The notes: generated by a model not told the origin, from the sequence alone. A stretch of DNA of 50,803 bases from Mycobacteriales bacterium (GCA_046262175.1 JBHENF010000256.1:1-50803), one strand, 5' to 3'. Positions 10,329-19,499 are shown, numbered from the stretch's first letter. Translations and numbers: made by a program.

Positions 10329-11228
10329 TCAGGCAGTCCGGTTCGTCATGGTGTAGCGCAGCCGCTTCATGCCGTTCTCCGCCGCGGGGTCGATTCCGGT
10401 CTGCTCGAACAGCGCGCCCACCTTCTCGGCGAACACCTCCGGATCCCACCGGCTGCCGCCGTTCTCGATCACGGCCTCGCTGGTGAACGGCCGGTACAGC
10501 TCGACCGTGTCGCCTTGCACGCCGAACACCTTGCCGCTGATGTGCGCCGACGCGTCGCTGCACAGGAAGGCGACGAACGGCGCGACGTTGTCCGGGTGCC
10601 AGAAGTCGAAGCCCTCGGACCGAGTCTCGATGCTCCCGTACGCGCCCTCCGTCATGCGGGTGCGTGCGGCAGGGCAGATGGCGTTGACGGTGATCCCGTG
10701 CTTCCACGACTCCTGGGCCACGATCTGCGCGAACGCAGCGATGCCCGCCTTCGCCGCGCCGTAGTTGGCCTGGCCGAAGTTGCCGAGGATGCCGCTGGTG
10801 CTCGCGGTGCAGACGACGCGGCCGGGCTGACCGGCCTCGCGCCAGTGGTTGATCGCGGCGTGCGTCGGCGCGTAGTGCCCACGCAGGTGCACCTGAATGA
10901 CGGCGTCCCACTCCTCCGGGGTCATCTTCGCCAGCGTGCGATCGCGCAGGATGCCCGCGTTGTTGACGAGCGCGTCGAGCCGGCCGAACTCCTCGACGGC
11001 CGTGCGGACGATCGCCTGCGCGTTGTCGACCTCGGAGCAGTCCCCGAGAGCGACGACGGCCGCGCCGCCCGCCGCGATGATCTCGTCGACCACCGCCTGC
11101 CCGGCGTCGCCGTCCACCTCGCCTACGACGACGCTCGCGCCCTGCGCCGCCAGCTCGAGAGCCTCACCGCGGCCGATGCCGCGCCCGGCGCCCGTGACGA
11201 TCGCGACCTTGCCGTCCAGAAGTCCCAT
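10329..11228 (-). CDS. Classical short-chain dehydrogenase/reductase (3-oxoacyl reductase-like)
   Basis: 299-aa ORF with TGAGRGIG, NNAG and the catalytic YGAAK. Confidence 0.85.
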   Translation of the reverse strand: MGLLDGKVAIVTGAGRGIGRGEALELAAQGASVVVGEVDGDAGQAVVDEIIAAGGAAVVALGDCSEVDNAQAIVRTAVEEFGRLDALVNNAGILRDRTLAKMTPEEWDAVIQVHLRGHYAPTHAAINHWREAGQPGRVVCTASTSGILGNFGQANYGAAKAGIAAFAQIVAQESWKHGITVNAICPAARTRMTEGAYGSIETRSEGFDFWHPDNVAPFVAFLCSDASAHISGKVFGVQGDTVELYRPFTSEAVIENGGSRWDPEVFAEKVGALFEQTGIDPAAENGMKRLRYTMTNRTA

Positions 11229-11345
11229 GCCGGAAACCTATCCAGCACGTGCGCGGTGTCGCGTCGCACCCCCGTTACGTCCGCAGCCAGCAGGGCAGGA
11301 GTCGTCCGCGCTGTCCCTAGCTCGCGCACGAGAGGAACCCTGGCC

Positions 11346-12326
11346 ATGACTCCGCCTGTGGCGACCGCACCCGAGTTGCGCACCCTGCTGGCCACCGCGC
11401 TCGCCGAGGCGCTCGAGACGAATGGACTGACGGCCCTGTACGGGGCGCAGCCGGTGGACCGGCGGGACCGCTTCCTAACGCTGCTGGCGATCTACGACCT
11501 GCACACGGCGCCGCTCGAGACGCTCGGCGCCACCGTCCGGCACCAGGGCCACCCCGTGGTCGCGGACCTGAAGAGCCGCCTCGAGAGCGACTGGCTCGTC
11601 GAGCTGGACGCGGCCTGGGCCGACGCCGGGCGGCTGGCCGAGGCCGACGACCCCGACAAGGTCGTGCAGGCGATGCGCAGCGTCGCAGCCAAGGACCGGC
11701 TGCCGGCCGCGTACCGCTGGCTGGCCAAGGACGCGAGCTGGAACGAGCTCGTCGACTTCCTCGCCCTCGAGGGCGGGCCCGACGGCGGGTTCGACGACCT
11801 CGTGGCCGTCTGCCAGGTGGGCCTGTCCGGCAGCGCGAAGCTCGAGCTCGGCAAGAACTACTGGGACGAGATGGGCAACGGCAACCCGGACGGCGTGCAC
11901 ACCGTCCTGCACCAGCGGATGGCCGCGGCCATCGGCATGAGGGACGTCGCGCGCGAGGACCTTCCGGTCGAGGCGCTGGAGCGGGCCGCGCTGGGCGGCC
12001 TGCTGGCGACGAACCGCTGGCTGCAGCCGGAGATGCTCGGGGCGCTGGGCCTGCTCGAGCTGCAGGCGGGACCGCGCTGCCGGCTCGTGCTGCAGGCGTT
12101 CGACCGCCTCGGCGCGCCGGAGGCGGCGTACCCCTTCTACGTCGAGCACGCGGAGGTCGACCCTGTGCACGGCAAGGACTGGATGGACAAGGCCGTCGTG
12201 CCGACGGTGGCCGAGCGGCCGGCGTGGGGACCGCGGATCGTCAAGGGCGCCTGGTGGCGCTCGACGGTCAACCTCGCGTTCTTCGAAGCCGTACGGGTCG
12301 AGCTGCTCGAGGCGCGCGCCGCCTGA
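11346..12326 (+). CDS. Iron-containing redox enzyme family protein (heme-oxygenase-like fold, putative diiron oxidase)
   Basis: ORF 10515..12326 trimmed to ATG 11346 (MTPPVATAPELR...). The sequence is helical, with E/H-rich blocks YWDEMGNGNPDGVHTVLHQRM and FYVEHAEVDPVHGKDW resembling the Haem_oxygenas_2/CADD-like family. Confidence 0.7.
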   Translation: MTPPVATAPELRTLLATALAEALETNGLTALYGAQPVDRRDRFLTLLAIYDLHTAPLETLGATVRHQGHPVVADLKSRLESDWLVELDAAWADAGRLAEADDPDKVVQAMRSVAAKDRLPAAYRWLAKDASWNELVDFLALEGGPDGGFDDLVAVCQVGLSGSAKLELGKNYWDEMGNGNPDGVHTVLHQRMAAAIGMRDVAREDLPVEALERAALGGLLATNRWLQPEMLGALGLLELQAGPRCRLVLQAFDRLGAPEAAYPFYVEHAEVDPVHGKDWMDKAVVPTVAERPAWGPRIVKGAWWRSTVNLAFFEAVRVELLEARAA

Positions 12327-12350
12327 TCCTGGAGGAACTAGGTTCGGCGC

Positions 12351-13550
12351 ATGCACCGGGTGACCAGTGAGGTCGGGCCGCTCCGGACCGTTCTGCTGCA
12401 CCGCCCCGGCGCGGAGCTGTCCCGGCTGACGCCGCGCAACAACGTCGACCTGCTGTTCGACGGGCTGCCGTGGGTGGCTCGCGCGCAGGAGGAGCACGAC
12501 GCGTTCGCGCAAGCCCTGCGGGACCGGGACGTCGAGGTGCTGTACCTGTCCGAACTGCTGGCGGAGGCGCTCGAGGACGCGGAGGCGCGCGCCGAGGTCG
12601 TGCACGCGGTCGTCGCGCCGACCGTCGTCGGGCCCTCGCTGGCCGCCGTCCTCCGGCAGATGCTGCTCGGCCTGCCGAGCGACGACCTGGCGCGGATCGT
12701 CGCCGCCGGGCTCACCCATGAGGAGCTGCCGCACACCGGCCCGGAGGGCGTCGTGGCGCGGATGGTCCACTCCGGCGAGTTCGTCGTACGGCCCCTGCCG
12801 AACCTGCTGTTCACCCGCGACTCGTCCGTGTGGGTCGAGGACCACGTCGCGGTCACGGCGCCGTCCATGGCGGCCCGGCAGCGCGAGACGTCCCTCACGG
12901 GCGCGATCTACCGGCACCACCCGCGCTTCGCGGGGACGCCGCTGCTGTACGGCGGCAGCCGCGAAGAGGCCTGGTTCGAGGGCGGCGACGTGCTGGTCAT
13001 GGCGCCGGGTGTGGTCTCGGTCGGGGTGGGCCAGCGGACCACGCCGGCGGGGGTCGAGGCCTTCGCCCTGCGCGCCTTCGCCGCGGGGGTCGCGCACACC
13101 GTGCTGGCGGTGCCGATCGCGCAGGAGCGGGCCACGATGCATCTGGACACCGTCTGCACGATGGTCGACCGCGACGCCGTGGTGATGTTCCCGGCGGTGG
13201 CCGACACCCTCGAGGCCTACACCGTCACCGCGGAGGGCGGCGAGGGGCTGCACGTCAGCGACCCGCGACCGTTCCTCGAGGCGGCCGCGGATGCAATGCG
13301 CATCGACCGGCTGCGCGTGATCGACACCGGCCTCGACCCGGTGACCGCCGAGCGGGAGCAGTGGGACGACGGCAACAACACCCTCGCGCTCGCGCCGGGG
13401 CTGGTCGTCGCGTACGAGCGCAACACCGAGACCAACGACCGGCTCGAGAAGGCCGGGATCGAGGTCGTCCGGATCGCCGGCAGCGAGCTGGGCAGCGGGC
13501 GTGGCGGCCCCCGCTGCATGAGCTGCCCGATCCTGCGCGATCCCCTCTAG
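12351..13550 (+). CDS. arcA: Arginine deiminase
   Basis: 399-aa ORF. The N-terminus reads [15 protein letters not shown]. The C-terminal catalytic-Cys motif is [18 protein letters not shown] lies 14 nt upstream of the ATG, and the gene starts 24 bp after the preceding gene. Confidence 0.9.
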   Translation: MHRVTSEVGPLRTVLLHRPGAELSRLTPRNNVDLLFDGLPWVARAQEEHDAFAQALRDRDVEVLYLSELLAEALEDAEARAEVVHAVVAPTVVGPSLAAVLRQMLLGLPSDDLARIVAAGLTHEELPHTGPEGVVARMVHSGEFVVRPLPNLLFTRDSSVWVEDHVAVTAPSMAARQRETSLTGAIYRHHPRFAGTPLLYGGSREEAWFEGGDVLVMAPGVVSVGVGQRTTPAGVEAFALRAFAAGVAHTVLAVPIAQERATMHLDTVCTMVDRDAVVMFPAVADTLEAYTVTAEGGEGLHVSDPRPFLEAAADAMRIDRLRVIDTGLDPVTAEREQWDDGNNTLALAPGLVVAYERNTETNDRLEKAGIEVVRIAGSELGSGRGGPRCMSCPILRDPL

Positions 13551-14341
13551 CGCAGGGTCAGCTGCCGGCTCATCAGCCCGGCCCGGGCCCGGCGCTCGTC
13601 GGTGCTGAGCGGCCGCGGCGACGCCAGCTCCTCGTCGAGCCGCGCGCGCAGGGCGCCGACCGGCTCCTCCAGCGCCTCGGCCTCGCGGTCGGCCGGCAGG
13701 TCCCACACCGGGACGAGCAGGCCGTGCGCGCGGAACGAGCCGACGTAGCGCGTGTCGGCGCCCAGGCCGATGCCGCCGCTGACGGACAGCCGGGCAAGAG
13801 CGTCCAGCGCCGGCTCCTCGTCCTCCGGCAGCACCCACCGCAGGTGTGCCCGCTCGCGCATCCGGCACCAGTACGCACTCGGCACCGCCGCGAGCCGGAC
13901 GGTGGGCACGACCGTCGCGTTCGCGCGCTCCATCGACGCGGCCACGTCGCTGCCCTCGTCGACGGCGCCCTCGACCCAGTAGTCGAAGCCCTCGTGGACG
14001 GTCACCTCGATCGGGTCGTCGGCCAGCAGGTCCTGCAGCCGCGGCCCGGGACCGGGCAGCCCGACTGGCTGCACCGGCGATCCCGGGGCCGCCTCGAGCG
14101 CCTGCTCCAGCGCCCAGCCGAGGTCGCGGCTGACGTCGCCGGACCGCGCCGCCACCTGCAGGCCCAGGAACACCTTGCCGTCGGCCCGGACCATCGCCGG
14201 CCAGGCGAGCGGCAGCACGGTCGACAGCGTGACGTCGCGGTCGCTGTCCCGCAGCGTCAGGGGCGCCGTCGCGGCCGGAACGACCTCGCGCAGCGCGACC
14301 CACTCGGTCTCGTCCGCGCACCCTGCGAACGGGCGGGTCAC
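13547..14341 (-). CDS. DUF5926-like conserved actinobacterial protein
   Basis: 264-aa ORF from GTG comp. 14339-14341. The reading frame stays open and coding-like for 30 more codons upstream (…SISTRRKSRPRPADREDRRL) without a canonical start. It shares a CTAG stop overlap with arcA. Confidence 0.6.
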   Translation of the reverse strand: MTRPFAGCADETEWVALREVVPAATAPLTLRDSDRDVTLSTVLPLAWPAMVRADGKVFLGLQVAARSGDVSRDLGWALEQALEAAPGSPVQPVGLPGPGPRLQDLLADDPIEVTVHEGFDYWVEGAVDEGSDVAASMERANATVVPTVRLAAVPSAYWCRMRERAHLRWVLPEDEEPALDALARLSVSGGIGLGADTRYVGSFRAHGLLVPVWDLPADREAEALEEPVGALRARLDEELASPRPLSTDERRARAGLMSRQLTLR

Positions 14342-14512
14342 CAGGCGCCGGTCCTCGCGGTCGGCGGGACGGGGGCGGCTCTTGCGACGGGTGCTGATCG
14401 AAGGCTCCAGGGCTCGTACGGAGCACCGACCCTAGCTACGCCTCTTGCCCCTCGTCCTCGCGCGACCGCGCGCGCCCTCGGCATCGGCATCGACATCGGC
14501 ATCGGCGCTGCG

Positions 14513-15976
14513 CTACGGCACGAACAGGGGCAGCCGGACGGCGATCACCGTACCGCCGCCGGGTCGGCGGCGGGCCTCGACCCGACCGCCCTGCGCCTCG
14601 AGGTAGCGCCGGACGATCCACAGGCCCAGCCCGGCGCCGGTCGCGCTCGTCCGCTGGCTCTGCTCGGTCCGTACAAACCGGTCGAACACCCGCTCCAGGT
14701 CCTCGGCCGCGATCCCGATCCCGGTGTCCGCGACCTCCAGCAGCGCGTTGCCGTCGTCGGCGCGCACGGTGATGGTGACAGCCCCGCCGCCGGGCGAGTA
14801 CTTCACCGCGTTCTCGACCAGCTGCCCGAGCACCGGCTCGACGGTGCCGTCGTCGCCGAGCGCCATGACCGGCTCGGGGGCGTCGACCACGAGCGGGTGC
14901 TCGGGCCGGGCGCCGGCCATGGTCGAGGCGGCCGCGCACACGGACGCCGCGAGGTCGAACGGCCGCACCGTGACCTCGATGCCCAGCCCGGCCCGGGATC
15001 CCAGCAGCAGCTGCTCCACCATGCCGGTCATCGCCCGGGTACGGAACAGGATCGTCCCGACGATCTCCTGGCGCTTGCCGTCCTCGAGGACCTCCCAGTA
15101 GTTGAGCAGCGTCTCGCCGAACCCGCGCAGCACCGTCAGCGGTGTGCGCAGCTCGTGGCTCGCGGTGGCCAGGAACAGGTCCTTCGCCGCCTCGAGCTCC
15201 TTGGCGCGGCTGATGTCGCGGATGTCCACGACACGGTCCGAGGTCCCCTGGATCCCCGCGGCGACCACCTCGATCCACCGGCCGTTCGGCAGCTCGTGCT
15301 CCAACGGCTGATCGTCCGCCGGCACCGGGAAGGGCAGCGGACGCCCCAGGACCTCGTCGGCGTCCACGCCCGTGATCCGCGTCAGCCCACGGTTCCAGAC
15401 GCGGACGCAGCCGGCGCCGTCGAGCACCGCCAGTCCGTCGGCCATCGCGTCGATCAGGGCGTTCTTCTCGCGCCGCTCGGCGTCGGCGCGCGTGTACGCC
15501 TCCGCCGTCCGCAAGGCCGCGCCCGCGCTGGCCGCCAGCACCTCGAGCACCTCGAGCTCGTCCGGCGAGAGCGGCTCCTCACGCAGCACGTAGAGCGCAT
15601 CGCCCTCGGCGCGGGTGAGCGCGACGGCCAGCGGCAGTGGCTCACCGCGGAACAGCTCCTCGTCCAGGTGGGAGAACTCCCCTTTCTCGGCCTGCAGAGA
15701 GCGGCCTCCGCGCCGCAGCAGCTCCTCCACCGCGCTGCCGGCCAGCGGAAAGCGCCGCCCGACCAGCGACTCTGGTTCGGGTGCGACCCTCGGCTGGCGC
15801 CCGGCGCCCGCGACGACCTGCAGACCGGCGCCGGTGCGCACCACGACGCCGACCCCGTACGCGTCCAGCAGCTCGCAGCCGCTGCTGCTGATCTGGTGCA
15901 AGAGCTCGGGTACGTCGACCACCGCACCGAGAGCGTCGACCACCTCGACGAGGCGGGCCATCAGCCGGGACGTCAC
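14513..15976 (-). CDS. Cytosolic GAF-PAS sensor histidine kinase
   Basis: 487-aa ORF with H-box ATASHELRTPL, N-box LVENAVKYSP, G1 DTGIGI and G2 GAGLGLWIV. The N-terminal regions are GAF-like and PAS-like, and there is no TM segment. The GTG start sits in a GTGA overlap with the upstream phosphodiesterase stop. Confidence 0.85.
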   Translation of the reverse strand: MTSRLMARLVEVVDALGAVVDVPELLHQISSSGCELLDAYGVGVVVRTGAGLQVVAGAGRQPRVAPEPESLVGRRFPLAGSAVEELLRRGGRSLQAEKGEFSHLDEELFRGEPLPLAVALTRAEGDALYVLREEPLSPDELEVLEVLAASAGAALRTAEAYTRADAERREKNALIDAMADGLAVLDGAGCVRVWNRGLTRITGVDADEVLGRPLPFPVPADDQPLEHELPNGRWIEVVAAGIQGTSDRVVDIRDISRAKELEAAKDLFLATASHELRTPLTVLRGFGETLLNYWEVLEDGKRQEIVGTILFRTRAMTGMVEQLLLGSRAGLGIEVTVRPFDLAASVCAAASTMAGARPEHPLVVDAPEPVMALGDDGTVEPVLGQLVENAVKYSPGGGAVTITVRADDGNALLEVADTGIGIAAEDLERVFDRFVRTEQSQRTSATGAGLGLWIVRRYLEAQGGRVEARRRPGGGTVIAVRLPLFVP

Positions 15977-16788
15977 GCCCGCGCCAGCCTGGCGAGCACC
16001 CGACGGGGCTGGTTGCTGATCACGGCGTCGACGCCGAGCTGCAGGACGTGGTCGATGTCAGCGGGCTCGTCGACCACCCAGACGTGCACCCGGTGGCCGG
16101 CGGCGTGGGCCCGCTCGACGTACCGCGGGTGCGCCTTGAGCACCGCGAGAGACACCCCGGCGATGCCGACGCGCGCCGGCAGCGAGCCGTCGCGGTACCG
16201 GACGGGGACCCGCTCCATCAGCATCACGGTCGGGACCAGCGGCGCCAGCGCGTGCACCCGGCGGAGCGACGTCGGTGCGAAGCTCATCACCACCACACGC
16301 GAGACCGAACGGTTCAACGGGGTGGCTACCGAGTAGCGGTCGAGCAGCTCCACCAGCGCCCGCTCCACGAGCCCGCCGTACCGGGTCGGGTGCTTGGTCT
16401 CGATGTGCAGCTGCACCGGGCGCTGTCCGCGCACCGGGCTGTCCAGGACGAGCTGCAGCAGCCGCTCGAGGGTGAGGACCCGGCCGCGGTCCCGGTCGAC
16501 CTCCTCCCAGCGCGCCTCGAGCAGCTGGTCACCCTGCCCGGCCTTCCAGGACGCGAAGTCGAGCTCCGCAAGCTCCGCGAGCTCGAGCGTCGACACGACG
16601 CCGCGGCCGTCGGAGGTGCGGTTGACCTTGCGGTCGTGCACGCAGACGAGCACCCCGTCCCGCGTCAGCCGTACGTCGCACTCCAGCGCGTCCGCTCCCT
16701 CGGCGAGTGCCAGCTCGTACGCAGCAAGCGTGTGCTCGGCATGGGCCGCCGACGAACCGCGGTGAGCCACCACCTGCACCTGCTGCAC
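15973..16788 (-). CDS. Glycerophosphodiester phosphodiesterase (GDPD family)
   Basis: 271-aa ORF with VAHRGSS...ENT-like/ECDVRLTRDG motifs typical of GlpQ/UgpQ. Several in-frame GTG starts are possible (16770-16788). Confidence 0.85.
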   Translation of the reverse strand: MQQVQVVAHRGSSAAHAEHTLAAYELALAEGADALECDVRLTRDGVLVCVHDRKVNRTSDGRGVVSTLELAELAELDFASWKAGQGDQLLEARWEEVDRDRGRVLTLERLLQLVLDSPVRGQRPVQLHIETKHPTRYGGLVERALVELLDRYSVATPLNRSVSRVVVMSFAPTSLRRVHALAPLVPTVMLMERVPVRYRDGSLPARVGIAGVSLAVLKAHPRYVERAHAAGHRVHVWVVDEPADIDHVLQLGVDAVISNQPRRVLARLARA

Positions 16789-16796
16789 AGGCCCAC

Positions 16797-17786
16797 CTAA
16801 CCGGTTGCGCCGCCTGCGCGCCGCCGTACGACCGGATCTGCCCCGTTCACGACGTCCACGACCGGCTCGCCGTCGAACGCGCGCGTCAGGTTCTCCTTCG
16901 CCTGCGCCACGATGCGCAGCGCCGCCTGCGCGCTGGAGCCGGCCATGTGCGGCGACAGCAGCACGCCGCCGAGGTCGCGCAGCGGCGAGTCCGTGGGCAG
17001 CGGCTCGGTCTCGAAGACGTCCAGGGCGGCGCCGCCGAGCTGGCCCTGCCGCAGCGCGTGCGCGAGGGCCGCTTCGTCGACGACCGGACCGCGTGAACCG
17101 TTGACCAGCAGCGCGCCGGGTGGCATCAGGGCCAGTCGGCGCTCGTCGATCAGGTGCCGCGTCTCCGGAGCGAGTGCCACGACCAGTGCGAGCACGTCGC
17201 TCGCCGCGAGCAGGTCGTCGAGCTCGGCGTACTCAGCCGGGGCGTCGTCATGCCGGCTGCGGGACCAGTACCGGACGGTGCAGCCGAACGCGCCGTACAG
17301 GCGAGCCAAGGCCTGGCCGATCGAGCCCATCCCGACGATCCCGACGCGGCTGCCGGCCAGCTCCCGGCCGCCCAGCGTCGTCTGGGGCCACTCGCCTCGG
17401 CGAACCGCCGCGTCCGCCTCCACCGTCTTGCGCAGCAGGGCCAGCGTGGCGGACAGGCACCACTCGGCGACGCTCGTCGCGTTGGCGCCGGCGGCGTTCG
17501 CCACCGGCACCCCGGCGGCCGCGCACGCGCCGACGTCGATGGTGTCGAAGCCCACGCTCGGCATCTGCACGAACGCGAGCCGCGGTCCTGGGTCGTACAC
17601 GTGCAGGCTGTGGCTCCAGTCGCCGAGCACAACGTCGACGTCCGGCAGCAAGGCGTCGACGGCGGCCTGCGTCCGCTCGGGCGGCACCACGATCTCGGCC
17701 CGGTCGTCCGGAAACAGCGCCTGCAACACCTCGAGGGGCAGCGGCGGCAGGGCCAGCACCCGCCAGGGCGCTCGGTCAGCAGTCAC
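16797..17786 (-). CDS. D-isomer-specific 2-hydroxyacid dehydrogenase (PGDH-like)
   Basis: 329-aa ORF with the NAD motif GIVGMGSIGQALA and the catalytic region LLVNGSRGPVVDE...SPHMAG. Confidence 0.85.
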   Translation of the reverse strand: MTADRAPWRVLALPPLPLEVLQALFPDDRAEIVVPPERTQAAVDALLPDVDVVLGDWSHSLHVYDPGPRLAFVQMPSVGFDTIDVGACAAAGVPVANAAGANATSVAEWCLSATLALLRKTVEADAAVRRGEWPQTTLGGRELAGSRVGIVGMGSIGQALARLYGAFGCTVRYWSRSRHDDAPAEYAELDDLLAASDVLALVVALAPETRHLIDERRLALMPPGALLVNGSRGPVVDEAALAHALRQGQLGGAALDVFETEPLPTDSPLRDLGGVLLSPHMAGSSAQAALRIVAQAKENLTRAFDGEPVVDVVNGADPVVRRRAGGATG

Positions 17787-17818
17787 GGTGCGAGCATCCC
17801 ACTGCTTGACTCGTGCCC

Positions 17819-19240
17819 ATGAGCGACTACGACCTCGTCGTCATCGGCGCCGGCGCGACCGGGCTGGGCGCAGCCCGCAGCGCGCGCAAGGCGGGGCGCC
17901 GGGTGGCGCTCGTGGAGGCGGAACGGCCCGGGGGCGACTGCACGCACTACGGCTGCGTGCCGAGCAAGGCACTGCTCGAGGCCGCGCGCCGCGTGCAGGC
18001 CGCCCGGTCCGGGGCTGCTTACGGCTTCACCGCCGAGGTCACCGTCGACTTCCCGGCGGTGATGGAGCGGGTCGCGGGCGTGATCGCGCAGATCGAGGCG
18101 GACGAGTCGCCGCAGCAGCTCGCCGAAGAGGGCATCGACCTGATCCAGGCCTGGGCGCGCTTCACCGGCCCGCACGCCATCGAGGTGGACGGCCGCACGG
18201 TGACCGCTGAGCGCTTCGTCGTCGCCACCGGCTCGCGCGCGGCCATCCCGCCGATCGAGGGGCTCGCGGACGTCCCGTACCTCGACAACCGCACTGTCTT
18301 CGCGCTGCGCGAGCAGCCGGAGCACCTGCTCGTGCTGGGCGGCGGGCCGATCGGGGTCGAGCTCGCCCAGGCGTTCCGGCGGCTCGGATCCGCGGTCACC
18401 GTCGTCGAGGCCGCACCTTCTGTCCTGTCCCGCGAGGAGCCCGCGGCGGCCGACGTGATCTCCCAGGTACTCCAGCGCGAGGGCGTCGCGGTTCTGACGG
18501 GGAAGAAGGTCGTACGCGTCTCTGCCGGCCCGACCCTGCACCTCGAGGACGGCAGCACCGTCGCCGGCTCGCACCTGCTCGTGGCCGTCGGCCGTACCCC
18601 TGCCACCGACGGGATCGGGCTCGAGGAGCTCGGCGTACGGCTGGACCGCGGACGGATCGTCACGGACGACCACCTCAAGGCGAGCGACACCATCTGGGCC
18701 GCCGGCGACTGCACCTCGGTGCTGCAGTTCACGCACGTCGGCAACGACCAGGGCCGGCTCGCCGCCCGCAACGCCTTCGCGGCGCCGCTGCGCGCCGGCC
18801 GTTGGAAGAACGACGTCATCCCGTGGGTGACGTTCACCGAGCCCGAGGTTGCGCACGTCGGGCTGACCGAGGCACAGGCCGTGGAGAGGTACGGCGAGCG
18901 CGCCCGCGTCTCGACCGTCCGCGACGCGGACAGCGACCGCGCCCGGACCGCGGGCGAGACCGACGGCTTCGTGACGCTGATCGCGGTGCCGGGGCGGATC
19001 GGCGGCATGGCGCTCGGCAGGCTCGTCGGCATGACCGTGGTCGGGCCGATGGCCGGCGAGCAGATCGCCGTCGGCGCGCTCGCGATGCGAACGCGGATGC
19101 TCGTCGGCCGGCTCGCGATGACCGTCGTCGCCTACCCCACCTGGTCGCTGACGACCCGCGTCGCGGCCGCCCGCTTCTTCGGCTCGTACGGCGGCGAGCC
19201 CGCCCGCCCGGCCCGCGCTGTCGGCACCACGCAGGCCTGA
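17819..19240 (+). CDS. Class I pyridine nucleotide-disulfide oxidoreductase (dihydrolipoyl dehydrogenase/mercuric reductase-like)
   Basis: The ATG at 17819 is preferred over the GTG at 17813. The FAD motif is DLVVIGAGATG. The redox-active disulfide is GGDCTHYGCVPSK. A second Rossmann motif (LVLGGGPIGVE) and a C-terminal dimerisation domain are present. Confidence 0.85.
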   Translation: MSDYDLVVIGAGATGLGAARSARKAGRRVALVEAERPGGDCTHYGCVPSKALLEAARRVQAARSGAAYGFTAEVTVDFPAVMERVAGVIAQIEADESPQQLAEEGIDLIQAWARFTGPHAIEVDGRTVTAERFVVATGSRAAIPPIEGLADVPYLDNRTVFALREQPEHLLVLGGGPIGVELAQAFRRLGSAVTVVEAAPSVLSREEPAAADVISQVLQREGVAVLTGKKVVRVSAGPTLHLEDGSTVAGSHLLVAVGRTPATDGIGLEELGVRLDRGRIVTDDHLKASDTIWAAGDCTSVLQFTHVGNDQGRLAARNAFAAPLRAGRWKNDVIPWVTFTEPEVAHVGLTEAQAVERYGERARVSTVRDADSDRARTAGETDGFVTLIAVPGRIGGMALGRLVGMTVVGPMAGEQIAVGALAMRTRMLVGRLAMTVVAYPTWSLTTRVAAARFFGSYGGEPARPARAVGTTQA

Positions 19241-19341
19241 CCCGGCTGACGGCACCCGGCAGGCTGACCTGACCCGCCGCAGAAGCGCCCCGCTCGGTGC
19301 GCGGAGACCGTCCTCGGCGGGCAGTGGTGCTCCGTGGCGGT

Positions 19342-19387
19342 CTTGCCACCCTGGCAAGATCTTGCCGGTTCTTGCCACTGTGGCAAG
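19342..19387. repeat. 46-bp bipartite palindromic element, copy A (CTTGCCACCCTGGCAAG-N12-CTTGCCACTGTGGCAAG)
   Basis: Read directly. The two palindromes are in a 29-bp register. An extra half-site CTTGCC lies in the linker at 19361-19366. Confidence 0.85.
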
Positions 19388-19453
19388 ACGCGCAGAGATG
19401 CACCACCCACCTCGGCTGTTCCACATCCACGCTGACCGGATCGCAGCGGCCGT

Positions 19454-19499
19454 GTTGCCACCACGGCAAGATCTCGCGCGTTCTTGCCGCTGCGGCAAC
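19454..19499. repeat. 46-bp bipartite palindromic element, copy B (GTTGCCACCACGGCAAG-N12-CTTGCCGCTGCGGCAAC)
   Basis: Read directly, again in a 29-bp register. A degenerate extra unit TTGCCGCTGTCCACAAG follows at 19519-19535. Confidence 0.85.

Noticed and set aside
14480-14503. Hexamer microsatellite GGCATC GGCATC GACATC GGCATC downstream of the histidine kinase gene
   Set aside because: It has only four units, no spacers and no associated genes. It is not a CRISPR or a recognisable regulatory array, and is probably neutral slippage.
11475-16336. Very long overlapping ORFs (11475..14426 minus, 983 aa; 12830..16336 plus, 1168 aa)
   Set aside because: Their composition is dominated by R/G/A/P/D with no recognisable motifs. 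They are antisense or out of frame to well-supported genes (arcA, the DUF5926-like gene, the histidine kinase and GDPD). They are GC-rich frame artefacts.
19352-19366. Sigma-54-like promoter: TGGCAAGATCTTGCC resembles TGGCAC-N5-TTGCA
   Set aside because: The GG-to-GC spacing is one nt shorter than the -24/-12 consensus. The match is simply the junction of a palindrome arm and the next half-site. To my knowledge Actinomycetota lack RpoN.
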